Both the position numbers and the translations under genes were made by a program. From the NCBI GenBank assembly GCA_951406725.2, contig OX597825.1, positions 65,596,001 through 65,660,000 on the forward strand: 64,000 nt of DNA, given 5' to 3'. Origin of the DNA: Octopus vulgaris. Taxonomy: Eukaryota. Positions 40,801 to 55,244 of the stretch are shown here, piece by piece. Under the pieces are notes generated by a model. The model was not told where the DNA came from. It saw only the letters and a list, made by a program, of their open reading frames with translations, and ran no database searches. Every line of letters starts with the position of its first letter. The stretch's first letter is position 1.

Positions 40801-41929
40801 TATTAACATTAATTTTTTTCAAATTTGTTTAATTATCATGTGAAGAAAGAATATTTGTAGTTAGTTAAATCAGTTTAAATTTTCCAGGATTAACCTTTGT
40901 TGATTTGTGAACAATTAATTCAGTTAGAATTAAGCATCATTGTTGTTGTGCTGTTGATGTTGTTTTTGTTGTCATTTAGTCCCAGGTCAACTTATTGAAC
41001 AGAGCTATGATCAAAACCATTCCAGACATGACCAATACATCTTTTAGGGGTATGTAAGACTACAATATCTAATGTGTCCTTTCTTTATTTAGGGTGGTAG
41101 AGCATCATTTAAAGAATATTTGGATGTTATTTCTCACAGATTCAGTGCCTATATATTCATAGATTGCTCTCTCTTTGACTCAGAGTTGAGGTGAGGTTTT
41201 GCAAGGTGTCACTCTACAAAATCTGTTCTCGCTACATATTGTCAAACCAATATCATTAAGTAAGCACTACCATTCTTAATGTAATCAGAAAAAAGAAAAG
41301 ACTTCAAATAAAATTAGCATCACTGTTTAACATTAATCAAATCTAGTCAAACGGAAGGGAAGCAACTCAGAAATTTTAATTAATAAATTAATTAAAATTG
41401 CAATTCATAGGGATGTTGAGGAAGGAAAACATTAGCTCAAGGACTTATATTAACTGAATATGATCCCTCAGAAACATGGTTGTAACACTGGATATGTTTT
41501 AGTCTTATCAGGCCTCTACAGCAAAACGTAGTCTCTCTCAAACAATTGTTGGTATGTTCTTAAACAGTGTGAATAAAAATCCAAAGGTTCTGTCAAAAGT
41601 TAGGGTTATAATATTAGTTTCAAATTTGGTCACAATGTCAGCAATTTTGGGAGAGTGCTCAATTTGATACCTATTTTATGGACCTTGAAATGATAAAAAG
41701 CAGAGTCAACATCAGCAGAATTTGAACTCAGAAAATCAGACAGACAGAATGCCAGAAAGTATTTTGCCCAGAGTACAAAGGATTATGCCAGCTTGTCACC
41801 CAAGGCTTATAATATTGCCATACATTTTTATTCAAGTCACTTATGATATAAATTCTATGTATTTTCAAATATAGATTGTGTAATTTAAATTTTTATTCTA
41901 ATTATGTTCATGCAGTATATATATATATA

Positions 41930-42366
41930 GGCACAAGAGTGGCTGTGTGGTAAGTAGCTTGCTTCCCAACCACATGGTTCTGGGTTCAGCCCCACTGCGT
42001 GGCACCTTGGGCAAGTGTCTTCTACTATAGCCTCAGGCCGACCAAAGCCTTGTGAGTGGATTTGGTAGACGGAAACTGAAAGAAGCCCGTCGTATATATA
42101 TATATATATATATATATGTGGGTGCGTGTGTGTGTGTGTGTGTATGTTTGTGTGTCTGTATTTGTCACCCCAACATCACTTGACAACCGATGGTGGTGTA
42201 TTTGCGTCCCCGTAACTTAGCAGTTCATCAAAAGAGACCGATATGATATGTACTAGGCTTACAAAGAATAAGTCCTGGGGTCGATTTGCTCAACTAAAGG
42301 TGGTGCTCCAGTATGGCCGCCGTCAAATGACTGAAACAAGTAAAAGAGTAAAGAGTAAAAATGAGT
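41930..42366 (+). mobile_element. SINE family A, full length
   Basis: Head with A/B-box-like motifs, GGCACCTTGGGCAAGTG CORE-like segment, central microsatellite, tail and (AAAGAGT)n. Confidence 0.92.
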
Positions 42367-42669
42367 ATATATATGTGTGTGTGTGTGTGTGTGTTTGTGT
42401 ATATTCACACGCCTCAGTGTACTCCAATTCTTCATGTACTTCAAACTGGAAATATTCATGTGTTGACATAAGTCAGTGCTCTGTTAGAAACATGTTCTGT
42501 TGTTGTTAACAAAACAGAAAGTTTACGTATTTACTGGCTCACTTCAAGAGAATTGAAGCAGAGTAATTTTCTAATTTACTTTGGAAAAATGACAAAACTT
42601 CAACCATCAGGATTACAAGAATAGACTCAAGAGTCAACAAGGATGGTAGAAGGGGTTTGGTCTTTACAT

Positions 42670-42845
42670 AGTCATTCTACTTGCTAGACATAGAAAGCAA
42701 ATCTTTCTCAAATAAGACCCCACTGACCTAAATGAAAATGAATACATTAGGCAACATAGTTGATGGCATAGACATGGATGGAAATGCCTTTGGTTGTTAT
42801 CTGCCCACTTGAGCAGAGTTGACCTAGTGCTAAACAATAACAAAA
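42670..42845 (+). mobile_element. Old interspersed repeat family G
   Basis: Recurrent motif TAGAAATAGCAGCC...CATGGCTGGAATGCCTTTGATCAT...GACCTGG.GCTAAACAAC; copies at ~1725-1800, 38860-39075, 40975-41150, 43190-43335, 43860-44380, 45060-45135, 46395-46650. Confidence 0.6.
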
Positions 42846-43938
42846 ATATCTATGATGATGGCAATAGTGACAGCAACAACAGCAACAAAAATATCGAGAT
42901 ATAAGAGCGTTAAAATTTCCTGGTCACATAATGAGATCAATTCGTAGTTTATCATCTTCAGTTGGGAAAGGACACACAAAGATAATGTAGATCTCTGACC
43001 TTACTCTTAAAATGACTATTAAATAATACTCTAGCAGTATTAACCTGGAGCTGAACAACAACAATAAAAACAATAAACAGGCTACAGATATCAGCCAGGC
43101 TGTGCGTTTGCCCTGATTTTAGGGACACATTTTTAGATAAGCCTTATAAGTCTAATGTGTTGTATAGTCCTTTGTCTGAGCTGCTGTTGTCTTTTAGACA
43201 TTAGTAATCCCTGAGTAGACTATTGATCAAAGACTATATTGTCTAATGTGTCCATCCTTTACTTAAGATAGTAAGGATGGGATTTTGTGGAGATTTGGCT
43301 ACTATTTCTAGCTGGTTGTTCAACCACATAGAGGCCACATGGAGTATGGAGTATTATTGTAAGGTTTCATTTAAATTTCTGTAGTTACTATTTTTAATGA
43401 ACAAAAATTTGTTTAATGATCACAGGCAGGTCTGTGGTCTGTATGGTTACAAAGTTTGCATTACAACTACATCGCTCAGGGTTCAATCCTAATGCAATGC
43501 AACCTGGCCAAAGGTCTCCCGACTTATCTCTTTCTGTCTACCTCTCTTTCTCTCTCTTTCTCTCATATTCTAGATTGACAAATACTTTTTGGGTAAAGTT
43601 GTTTATCATCATCATTATCATCGTTTAACATCCGTTTTCCATGCTAGCATGGGTTGGATGGTTCGACCGCAGTCTGGGAAGCCAGGAGGCTGCACCAGGC
43701 TCCAGACTGATTTGGCAGTGTTTCTATTATTATTATTATTATCAATATCATAATCACCATTGTCACTGTAACTCTCATTATTCTTATCAATATTGTCCTC
43801 ATAATTAGCTTAACCAATTTCATAATGTTGGTCATATCATCAACATTTCCATCAATGTGGTCAGTTGATCTAATAGAAATAACAGCCAAATCTCATTAAA
43901 ATCACACCTTCATCATCTTAGAAATAAACATATTAGAT

Positions 43939-44257
43939 CAGTGATTCCCAACGTGGGACACATGCCCCACTAGTGGGACTTGGGGAAATTTTGGTGGGAC
44001 ATGAAATGAAAATATTTATTTTTTGTTTTTAGTTGGACTTGGAACTGTAAAAATCTGATTTTTCTTAGTCAATAATGTACTTCTTTTTGCGCTCAGAACT
44101 TAATAAAAGAGTAACCAGTAAATTCTTTTGTATTAAATAATTGTAATAAAATATTAAAAATAAAGTTGTTTTTTGTTTCACCAATAACCAGTGAGGCATA
44201 CATTTTTCTGGAAAGTTATAGCGAGGCCTGGGGAAAAAAATAGGTTGGGAAACACTG
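43939..44257. mobile_element. hAT-type MITE (319 bp)
   Basis: TIRs CAGTGATTCCCAAC / GTTGGGAAACACTG; 8-bp TSD TATTAGAT / CATTAGAT; nested in a family G repeat. Confidence 0.9.
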
Positions 44258-45176
44258 CATTAGATAATGTATTTATTATTCCCCTGAAGTTAGAAACAGA
44301 TGGAATGGTCATAGCTGGACTGCCTTTGATCATATGTCTGCTTGATCAGGTCTTTTACCTGTGCTGAACCAACATCAACTATAAACATCACTGCTACAAA
44401 CAAGTTGTATTTAATATCCTTGCCTACTTAAAACTAAATGTCAAATATATAAACATAGAATTTTCCTTTTGTTCTTTCATTGATCTTTATAAAGAAAATT
44501 CCAGTTCAGTAATTCCTTTATTCTCTCATTTAGAGTAGAAATGGTAAATTTGTAAATATTTCACTTCCATTTTATTTATTTATAAACTTTTCTACACAGG
44601 AATATACCATGCATTTATTTTTCGCCTTTGCTTTCTATTTTCTCTTTCACATTTTTCTCATTTTCTATATCAGCTTCTTTTATCTACTTATGTATATATT
44701 CATTACTATTTTTTTCAACAGATGAAAGAGGGGAGGGGAAGTGTTCTTTATACAGTTATCCTCTCATTTCACCCTCTCCTATCTATTCTTCAAGCCCCAG
44801 TTTCTTTATCTCATCCCTTTTATTCTGCCTCCCCATTCTACCCATTCCTTATTTCTCAATCTCCCTAAATGATTTTTTCTTCTTTCTTTTATTTTCTTTC
44901 CATGGCACTTTCTACTATTTTCAAAAACTTCTGAACTTCCTTTCATTATCAAATGAGGCAGGAAGAAATAATGGCTAAATCTCTCTTTAATATACCAGTA
45001 TATTAAAAGAAAGAAGTGCACAATAGATTATATATGTACTGCTATAAATCCTTTAAACAAATGGGTCATGGCTGGAATTCATTTGATCATAGGTCTACTC
45101 AATAAAGATTAACCTGGAGGCTAAATAACAGACATTAAACAATAATGATTATGTATATATATATATGTATGTATGT

Positions 45177-45388
45177 GTGGAGGCACGTGGATTAGTGGTT
45201 AGGGTGTCAGTATCATGATCGTAAGATTGTGGTTTCGATTCCTGGACCGGGCAACGCATTGTGTTCTTGAGCAAAACACTTCATTTCACGTTGCTCCAGT
45301 CCACTCAGCTGGCAAAAATGAGTAACGCCACAATGGACTGGCATCCCATCCATTAGGGGAACACATACGCCATTGAAACCGGGAAACG
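45177..45388 (+). mobile_element. tRNA-derived SINE (family D-type head)
   Basis: GTGGAGGCACGTGGATTAGTGGTTAGGG (A box) ... GGTTTCGATTCC (B box). Confidence 0.85.
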
Positions 45389-45389
45389 A

Positions 45390-45655
45390 TTTTATTCACA
45401 CAAATATGCAACCGAAGAGTTTAAAGTACCAGTAAGTACATTGCAACAGCTGATGTACTTGCGCGTACAAATACACGTTCCCACGGCTTTATCGATCGCA
45501 TTCTCACCAGGAATCGATTTTTGCTATTTTTTCAAGACTTATACCTGCCTTGATGCCATCGGTATCTACATATCAAATTTGAGCACAATCCAATGGAGGA
45601 TGCCCGAGATCCTAGAAGACACACACACAGACAGACAGAACAGATTTTATATAAT
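45390..45655. mobile_element. Possible Helitron-derived fragment
   Basis: CAAATTTGAGCACAATCC...(CA)n(CAGA)n..TTTTATATA end resembles microsatellite-carrying non-autonomous Helitrons. Confidence 0.4.
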
Positions 45656-45680
45656 ATATATATATCCATATATGTATATT

Positions 45681-45717
<37 letters not shown>

Positions 45718-46772
45718 GTGACACATTAAAAGTACCATCCGAACGTGGCAGATGCCAGCGCCACCTGACTGGCATCTGTATCAGTGACAGATAAAAGCAC
45801 CAACCAATCGTGGCCGTTTGCCATCCTCCTCTAGCCCCTGTGCTGGTGGCATGTAAAAAACACCAACTACACTCACGGAGTGGTTGGCGTTAGGAAGAGC
45901 ATCCAGCTGTAGAAACACTGCCAGATCAGACTGGATCTTGGTGCAGCCTCCTGGCTTCCCAGACACAAGTCAAACCATCCAACCCATGTTAGCATGGAAA
46001 ACGGACGTTAAACGATGATGATGATGATGATGATATATATATATGTATATATATATAGAGAGAGAGAGAGATGAAAGAGAGGGTGTGAGAGAGTTAGAGG
46101 TTTATTCATAGTCTTACATGACCAGAGTTGTTTCACCTATGCGAATAATTGCTAAGACACGTCAGAGAATTTATGTTAAAAGCCTAATTTTTTTAATGGG
46201 GTTTAGTGAAACAATGGTGGTCATAATTTCAGACTATGAATAAATCCATTTACAAAACATTCTATATTCATGAATTCTTACTGAGCAATTGAAAAAGAAA
46301 AAAACATTTTGTTTTTAATAACATGCATTAAAGAAAAGCTTGCCCACTCTTAAAACCTCTAATGAAGCTAGTGAGGGAACCATTTATGTATTCATTTGAC
46401 CTGCTAGAAATAGCAGCCAGTTGCTCTGGAATGGAATCCAACTGGTTTTAGAAAAAGAGTAGAGAAAAGATAGATGGGGAGAGAGAGATGGAGAGAGAGA
46501 GATGGAGAGAGATTGGATTGTGGAGTTTTTAGACATGTTATGTCTGAAGAGAAGACCTGTGTGATTACAACTAGAATGCCTTTGATCATGGGTTTGCTTG
46601 ATCTCATGCTTGACACGGGGATAAAAAAGCAACAACTACAAACAACAGAAACAACACACAAAATACGTCAATAACAACACCAAGTTTTGAACTTGTCACA
46701 ACAATAAGAAAACTAACTGTATGATGATTAGATTACAGATCAGAGAAATTTGAATGTAAAATTCACATATCC

Positions 46773-46820
<48 letters not shown>

Positions 46821-46892
46821 ATATATATCCATATATATATAAATATATATAAATAGGTATATATGTTTGTATATCTATTTGTATGTATATAC

Positions 46893-46924
<32 letters not shown>

Positions 46925-47788
46925 TTATATTTTTGTATATGTGTGCGTGTGTGTATTTATATGTATGTATGTATGTGTATATATACTTTTTCATAGTTAT
47001 ATATTCATAGTTGACCAAATACTAAACACTAATCAGACTAACTCAGAAAAAGAAATTAAATATGGCAAGAGAAAAAGTATTAAATGTATTGCAGAAAAAA
47101 AAAAAGATTAAATATATTCAAACATATTTTTATAAATTAATGTATTTTCAGATTTCTTCACTTCTATATTCTGAATTTTTCAGGAATGCAAATTATAGTT
47201 TTAAAGTTAAAATACAGAATTCTAAATTTGTTTGAAAGACTGCAAACAAATATAAAAATTATCACTCATATACACAGATATAAACATATATATATAGATG
47301 CACATATTCATATGCACACAACTATATAAATACATACACACACACATGCATGCCTGCACACATACATACAACAACATCAACACATACATATAAACACACA
47401 AGTGCTTACACAGACAAATAGGAGGCATATTTAGAGGTGAAGCTTCATTATATATGAAGAACTGTAATGTTGAAATGTAAAATTATAAAAATATAAATAG
47501 ATAAGATTTTTTAAAAAACTATATTAAACTATAAAAAAATAATTAATAGAATTTAGAGAGAATGAGACAAAGATGAGAGAGTAACAAGGAGAAACAAAGA
47601 GAGAGAAGGATATGGAAAGAGAGAGAGGGAAGGACAGAAAGAGAGTGGAGAGAGAGAGAGAATAAATCTTTTTAAAGGTGAAAGTAAAAAACAAATCAGT
47701 AAAAACTAAACATTTTTTTCATTAATAAACATAAAATACAGATAAATGAAGTTGAGAATATTTAGTTCATAACAGTGAAAATAAGGAA

Positions 47789-48140
47789 ATGATGATGATG
47801 TTGTTGTTGTTGATGATGGTGATGATGATGATGATGATGACGACGACGTTGATGATTATGACGATGATGATGCCGTTGATGATGATGCCGTTGATGATGA
47901 TGCCGTTGATGATGATGATGATGATGATAGTGGCAAGGATGATGATGATGGTGATGATGACAATGAAGATGATGACGGGGATAGGGGTAGTGATGTTGAA
48001 GATAAGGATGGTTGTGGCAGCAGCACTTGCAGTGGTGGCAGGGGCAGTGGTGGTTTCAGTGGCAGTGGTGTTGGTGGTGGTGGTGGTGGTGAGAGGGGCA
48101 ACGATGAAGATGTCAACAACAACAACAACAACGATAACAA
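47789..48140. repeat. (GAT)n/(GGT)n/(CAA)n compound microsatellite
   Basis: Directly visible. Confidence 0.9.
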
Positions 48141-48600
48141 AAATAGTGACGAGGAAGAGAAAGGGGAGCCAGATTAGAAAGGTGGGCGGTGAGATCTTCA
48201 GTTATAAGAAAGAAGTAAATCTCCAGAGGTTAGTAAAGTTAAATAATGAAAGAAAGAATACTGAGGATGGCAGAGAGGATAAAAAGAAAACCAGAATTAT
48301 TATATAATCATTCACTCGCACACACAAGCCCTCACACAGATACAATCATAAGTGCACTTATGTATACACACAAACAAACGAGTATGCATACACCTACTTC
48401 AAATCAACACATGCATATATGGTGCACATCAGGGTGAGAGCTGACACGGTTTCCCTACATGCACACAAACATATACACATAGAATAAGTCCTAAGCTTAC
48501 AAAGAATAAATCCTGGGGTCAATTTGTTTGACTAAAGCATGGCTACAGTCAAATGACTGAAACAGATAAAAGAATAAATGAATAAAAGAATATGCACATA

Positions 48601-49005
48601 GGCGCAGGAGTGGCTGTGTGGTAAGTAGCTTGCTAACCAACCTCATGGTTCCGGGTTCAGTCCCACTGTGTGGCATCTTGGGCAAGTGTCTTCTGCTATA
48701 GCCCCGGGCCGACCAATGCCTTGTGAGTGGATTTGGTAGACGGAAACTGAAAAAAGCCTGTCGTATATATGTATATATATATATATGTATGTGTGTTTGT
48801 GTGACTGTGTTTGTCCCCCTAGCATTGCTTGACAACCGATGCTGGTGTGTTTACGTCCCCGTCACCTAGCGGTTCGGCAAAAGAGACTGATAGAATAAGT
48901 ACTGGGCTTACAAAGAATAAGTCCCGGGGTTGATTTGCTCAACTAAAGGCGGTGCTCCAGCATGGCTGCAGTCAAATGACTGAAACAAGTAAAAGAGTAA
49001 AGAGT
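48601..49005 (+). mobile_element. SINE family A, full length, least diverged copy
   Basis: GGCGCAGGAGTGGCTGTGTGGTAAG...GGTTCAGTCCC...GGCGGTGCTCCAGCATGGCTGCAGTCAAATGACTGAAAC(AAAGAGT)n; many CpGs retained. Confidence 0.93.
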
Positions 49006-49684
49006 ATATACATAGTAATGGATGTATTATGGCTAAATGGTTAAGAGTTTTGTTTTGTAATAATGATACTCCAGGTTCAGTCCTGCTGCCTGGTACCTTA
49101 GACAACTAGAAAACTAAAAAAAAAAAGAATGACACTGAACATTTAAATGGAGAATTTGAGAAGCAAAAGCCTCTAAAGTCTACTTGATAATTTCTTCAGA
49201 ATGTTTTGATCCTTTTAGAATTTCTTCAAGTTATCGTTGAAGACATAGTTCTTCACTACTTATCATCATATCTTTCTTCTTGGGGTCCTTTAAATATTCC
49301 TAATCTAATATAAACTATGTTTATTTTATAATTTCTGTTTAATTCTCCAACGTTTTGCCTAACATTTTTTTCTACAATTTCCTTTCATTTAGATCAATTG
49401 GCACATCATTACATGTCTGTCATCTTCACTTCATGTAATAATATGTCTGCATCAATTAAATCTTCTTCCATTCCTTACATTTCTCCCAAATAATTTGTGT
49501 TTTCTAATTCAATCACAGTATATCATACTAATTTAAGAATATGTACCATCTTTAACAGATATCTGGAACTCATCTAGCACATCCAGAATATATGTTGTTG
49601 TTCATGTGTAAATATTGCTTTTCTGACATAGGTACATGTTGACATATCAGAGTGAGGAATATAATCGATTAGGTTAGAGGCTCT

Positions 49685-50310
49685 GTCATTTCTATCTATG
49701 GAACCCTTTGATTATTGTTTTATTCTGGCGGACCCCTATAGCCATTCTGAATTTATAAACTAGTTTTATAGAAACTCTCTTTTACTCTCTTTTACTTGTT
49801 TTAGCCATTTGACTGCGGCCATGCTGGAGCATCGCCTTTAGTTGAGCAAATCAACCCCTGGACTTATTCTTTGTAAGCCTAGTACTTATTCTATTGGTCT
49901 CTTATGCTGAACCACTAAGTTACAGGGATGTAAACACACCATCATCGGTTGTCAAGCGATGTTGGGGAGACAAACACACACACAAACATATACACACACT
50001 TACATAAATATATATATGCATATATATGACATGCTTCTTTCAGTTTCTGTCTTCCAAATCCACTCACAAGGCTTTGGTTGGTCCCATTTTTCCACACATT
50101 AACTTGTGTAGGTTCAACTATGGCAAATACTAGAGAATGAAACCTAGCTGTTTCTTGCAATACATACCAAAGCATACATATAAAGCAGCATATTTTCAAG
50201 GGACCTTAAAATTCTATGGTAGATCCCCACTTTACGATTTTATTGCATGAATCCTCCAAAATTCTTATATGGACCCACAGTGGCCAGATAGACCCCAGTT
50301 GAGAACACTG
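49685..50310. mobile_element. hAT-type MITE (same family as 585-911, opposite orientation) with nested SINE A (49776-50083, minus)
   Basis: Reverse-complement similarity (CTAGCTGTTTCTTGCAATACATAC, CTTATATGGACCC); right end GTTGAGAACACTG followed by GACTAGAT. Confidence 0.8.
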
Positions 50311-50820
50311 GACTAGATCATTGCACATTTGCCATTTAACTCCTACATCCTTTAACACACCTGTTACTGTATTTCTGTTGAAATATGCTGCATTTATTTT
50401 AATGAATTTTGATAATAGTTAAAAATTTTGCAAAATAACTTTGTCAATATTAAGCTGGTGTTTGAAACATAAATCAAGATATTAATTCAGACCTTTTAAA
50501 ACAGGAAGTTTATTTCTAGAAAGTGGAGTAGTTGCAAGCAGGTTGCTACCAAAATGGTTAAATGTTTACATTTACCAATTAGTAACAAAAAAAAGAAAAA
50601 GATCAACTTGTGTGTGAGTTATTTGAAAGAAGGTGATAAGCTCTTGTTATTCTTGTTGCAGTTGTTAATCATGACTGCATCTATCAGTATGTATGTATGT
50701 ATGTATGTATGTATGTATGTATGTATGTATGTATGTATGTATGTATACAAATATATGTACGTATGTAACTATCTCTCTCTATATATATATATATACATAT
50801 ATACATATATATACACACAT

Positions 50821-50856
<36 letters not shown>

Positions 50857-51078
50857 ATATATATATACATATATTATTTTACCATTGGTTAAGAAAAATA
50901 TTGTCGAAACCAGTTTCATATTTGAATAAATCTCTTACAAAGTTTTAAAATAACTACATATTTTGAGATTCAGGTGCATTTTCAGATGGTAAAACAAATT
51001 CTCCAATATTCTTACCTGCTTTTCTCTCCATATATCTATGTGTTTGTGTGTGTGCGTGTGTGTGTGTGTGTGTGTGTA

Positions 51079-51129
<51 letters not shown>

Positions 51130-51558
51130 ATATATGTGTGTGTATATATATGTATGTATACATATATATGTGTGTGTGCGTGTGTGTGTGTATATATATA
51201 TATATATGTATGCATATATGTGTATATGCGTGTGTGTGAGGGCACATGGCTTAGTGGTTAGGGTCTTACACTCATGATTGCGAGATCGTGACTTCAATTA
51301 CTAGACTGGGTGGTGTGTTGTGTTTTGGAGCAAAACACTTCAGCTTGCGTTGTTCTGTGATCACTTCAACACCTGACATTCAGCACACCTTGCACCTGTT
51401 CAGACAACATCGATTTGATGGAGACAATGAGATAAATGAGATAATGTGTGGCATGAACATTTGGTCACAATAAGCAAATCATTTGTGGAGGTCGGTCAGC
51501 AAAAGCCGACTGGTCATACATCATCTTCAACAGGAGAGTCCATCATATATGTGTATAT

Positions 51559-52223
51559 TCATCATCATCATCATCATCGTTTAATGTCTGCTTTCCATGC
51601 TAACACGGGTTGGACAGTTTGACTGAGGACTGGCAAGCCAAGAAGCTGCACTAGGATCCAATCTGATTTGGCAAGGTTGCTACAGCTGGATGCCCTTCCT
51701 AATGCCAACCACTCTGAGAGTGTAGTGGGAGCTTTTTACGTGACACTGGCATGGAAGCCAGTCAGGCAGCACTGGTATCAACCACACTCGAATGGTACTT
51801 TTTACATGCCGCCAACACAGGAGCCAGTCAAGGGGCATTGGCATAAGCCACGTTTAAATGATGTCTTTTACATGACACCAGCACAGGTGCCAGTCAGGTA
51901 GCGCTGGCATCACCCATGACTACAATTTCACTTGGTTCAACGGGTCTAAAACATGCACAGCATAGTGCTTTTGAATGGGCCAGTTATGCAACACTGGTAT
52001 TGGCCATGGCTACGATCTCACTTGGCTTGCTGGGTCTTCTCAAATACACCATATCTCCAAAGGTCTCTTATCTCCAAAGATCACTTATCATTGCCTCTGT
52101 GAGGCCCGAAGTTCGAAGGTCATACTTCACTGTGTCATCCCATGTCTTCCTGGGTCTACTTCTTCCACAGGTTCCCTCTACTGTTAGGATGTGATGCTTC
52201 TTCACATAGCTGTCCTTATCCAT
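51559..52223 (-). mobile_element. RTE-clade LINE, 5'-truncated (ORF C-terminus + 3' UTR + (GAT)n tail)
   Basis: Minus strand MDKDSYVKKHHILTVEGTCGRSRPRKTWDDTVKYDLRTSGLTEAM matches the RTE-type GRGRPRKTW motif and is contiguous with the family C sequence. Confidence 0.88.
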
Positions 52224-52857
52224 ATTATATGATGGCCTTCTTTCTAGTTTTGTCTATGAAGTCCACTCAAATACTTTTTCTTAGAAAATACCACAAGATA
52301 TTTTGTCTGATATGTTCTCCATTGCCAAGTAAGGCTATTTAACATACCAACGTTGAACAATAACAACAACAGCAATGGTGAAAGCAACAATAACAACAGC
52401 AACAGAAGCAAAAAAAAAAAAATCAGAAAAACAAAAACAGCAAAAAAAACATCAATGGCAATAAAAGTTCAACAACAACAATAACAGCAGTAATATCAAT
52501 GATGCCATCAGATCAACATGAATATCATAAAAGTTGCAACAAGAAGCAAAAACCAAAGTTCCTTTTAATGTAAAGGAATAAGTCAGTTCTGATTATCTAA
52601 GATTAGAATTTTATATCACAAGAATTTTTCAATGGCACCTCACCAATTGCATTGAAAGAACTGAGCAAACAGACTTTTCAAGAGTAATTTTACTCGATGC
52701 TGTCTTTATTTATGCAAGGCTGAAATCCCGTGGGGACATGGTCTAGGATGGTAAAAAAAAAAAAAAGAAGAAAAAAAAACTAATAAAAAAACTAATAAGA
52801 AACTAATGGTGAAATGGAGAAGGAGAAGAATGAGAGGGAGGGACAGAAAGATAGCAA

Positions 52858-52892
<35 letters not shown>

Positions 52893-53105
52893 GGAGAAGT
52901 GGAGGTGTTTCATTTATTCAATGATTCAAGATTTAAGTGTCTGCCTGGAAAGAAAAGCAACTCAAGAGATATAAGAAAATAAGAAAAAAAAAGGAAAAAA
53001 TTAACAAAAAATAAAATATGCCATTGACATCTTCACTCTCAAGAGTATCTCCTACAATAAAAATAATCTAGTAACTTACTTCTTCTAATATATATATATA
53101 TATAA

Positions 53106-53164
<59 letters not shown>

Positions 53165-53465
53165 GAGAGAGAGGGAGGGAGGAGACAGAGATAGATAGAC
53201 AAATAGATAGAGAGATATGCATACACAGACACACATACACTCATACTTAGTTTGTATGTATCTATATGTGTGTATATATCATATGTACATGTATCACAAA
53301 AATATACTATATATATAAAATATATATACATATTATACGAGGTCACGGCCTATTATATTCACAGTTATCAGTTCGACAAATTATATTTTATACATATTAT
53401 ATATACATATAACATATATGTTGTATATATATTGCATACAGACACACACACACATATATATATCT

Positions 53466-53826
53466 CTTACTCTTTTACTCTTTTACTTGTTTCAGTCATT
53501 TGACTGCGGCCATGCTGGAGCACCGCCTTTAATCGAGCAACCCCGGGACTTATTCTTTTGTAAGCCCAGTACTTATTCTATCAGTCTCTTTTGCCGAACC
53601 GCTAAGTAACGGGGACATAAGCACACCAGCATCGGTTGTCAAACAATGCTAGGGGGACAAACACAGACACACAAACACACACACGCACATATATATATAT
53701 ATACATATATACGACAGGCTTCTTTCAGTTTCCGTCTACCAAATACCCTCACAAGGCTTTGGTTGGCCCGAGGCTATAGTAGAAGACACTTGCCCAAGGT
53801 GCCACACAGTGGGACTGAACCCGGAA
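53466..53826 (-). mobile_element. SINE family A
   Basis: Close reverse-complement match to 48601-49005, lacking the extreme 5' end. Confidence 0.9.
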
Positions 53827-54058
53827 TACACACATATATATATATATACACACACGAATAGGAGTACAATGGGATTCTTTCAATTTCCATCACCTAAGTC
53901 CTCTCCAAACGCTTTGGTCAGCCTGGCTTTATATTAGAAGAAACTAGCCTAAAATGATGCATGATGTGACTGAACTCAATCACGACATGTCGGAGAGACA
54001 AGCTTCTTATCCATGCAGCCATATATATATGACCAGGGCAATAAAGAAATATATATAT

Positions 54059-54239
54059 ATGATCAGGACATGGGAGGAAAAGATGGGAGAAGAAGATGAG
54101 TCACAGTGCATTGACTTTTCTAATTGGAAAGATCTTGTCACTTGTCGGGCACTGGTGGGCTGCCAGGTAGATGGCTCTAGACTTGCATGTGCATGCGTGC
54201 ACACACACTCATGCATACCTACATATATGAACATATATG

Positions 54240-54297
<58 letters not shown>

Positions 54298-54509
54298 TAT
54301 ATATGTTTATATATATATATATATGTATATGCTCATATATGTAGGTATGCATGTGCGTGTGCATGTGTGCACATGCAAGTCTAGGGCCACCTACTTACCT
54401 TAATACATGGCAGACCACCAGTGCCCAACAAGTGACAGATCTTTCCAATTAGAAAAGTCGATGCACTGTGACTCATTTATTCTCCCATCTTCTCCCATGT
54501 CCTGGTCAT
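54059..54509. repeat. Long inverted repeat / fold-back element (~180-bp arms, (TA)n spacer)
   Basis: Left ATGAGTCACAGTGCATTGACTTTTCTAATTGGAAAGATC; right GATCTTTCCAATTAGAAAAGTCGATGCACTGTGACTCAT. Complementarity extends across both arms. Confidence 0.92.
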
Positions 54510-54535
54510 CATCAACAATCATGGAGGAATATTAT

Positions 54536-54566
<31 letters not shown>

Positions 54567-54574
54567 ATTTGTTT

Positions 54575-55186
54575 GCTCATTCTCAAGCCATGCCTGGCTC
54601 ATAAGGGCCGTTTTTCCTGGTTTCCTTGGCATATAGGTACCCCACCTGGACAGGACACCAGTCCATTGCAGGTGAGCTGCAAGATGCAAGAGGAAAGAGT
54701 GAGAGAAAGTTGTGGCGAAAGAGTCAGCAGAAGTTCACCATTACCTTCTGCTGGAGCCAGGAAGAGCTTAGGAGTGTATTGCTCATAAACACACACATTG
54801 CCCGGTCTGAGATTCGAACCCACGATCCCTCAGCCATGAGTCAGCTGCTCTAACCACTAGGCCATGTGCCTCCACATATATATATATGTATATATATATA
54901 TATATGTAAAGACCCCCTTCGGTCATGAATGACCATGGGATTGCACCTAGAAAGTTACCCTCCTAGACACAAGTCCGGGCAAGATTGTTTATGGAAGACC
55001 AGCAGTCGCCCATGCATACCAGCCTCCCCTCTCTACGCCACCAGTGTTATCCAAGGGAAAGACAAAGGTCGATACAGCTTGGCACCAGTGACGTCGCAAC
55101 TCATTTCTACAGCTGAGTGAACTGGAGCAACGTGAAATAAATTGCTTTGCTCAAGAACACAACACGCAGCCCGGTCCGGGATTCGA
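54575..55186 (-). mobile_element. Two adjacent tRNA-derived SINEs (D-type 54575-54875; family E 54908-55186)
   Basis: Minus-strand B boxes GGTTCGAATCTC and TCGAATCCC; family E repeated at 25430-25610. Confidence 0.8.
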
Positions 55187-55188
55187 TG

Positions 55189-55244
<56 letters not shown>

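Noticed and set aside
29273-44760. Isolated acceptor-like sites (29273, 35250, 37383/37390, 44722)
   Set aside because: No strong paired donor or recognisable peptide; expected by chance in polypyrimidine-rich DNA.
49170-49670. Possible RTE post-RT remnant on the minus strand
   Set aside because: Only faint motif echoes with many stops.
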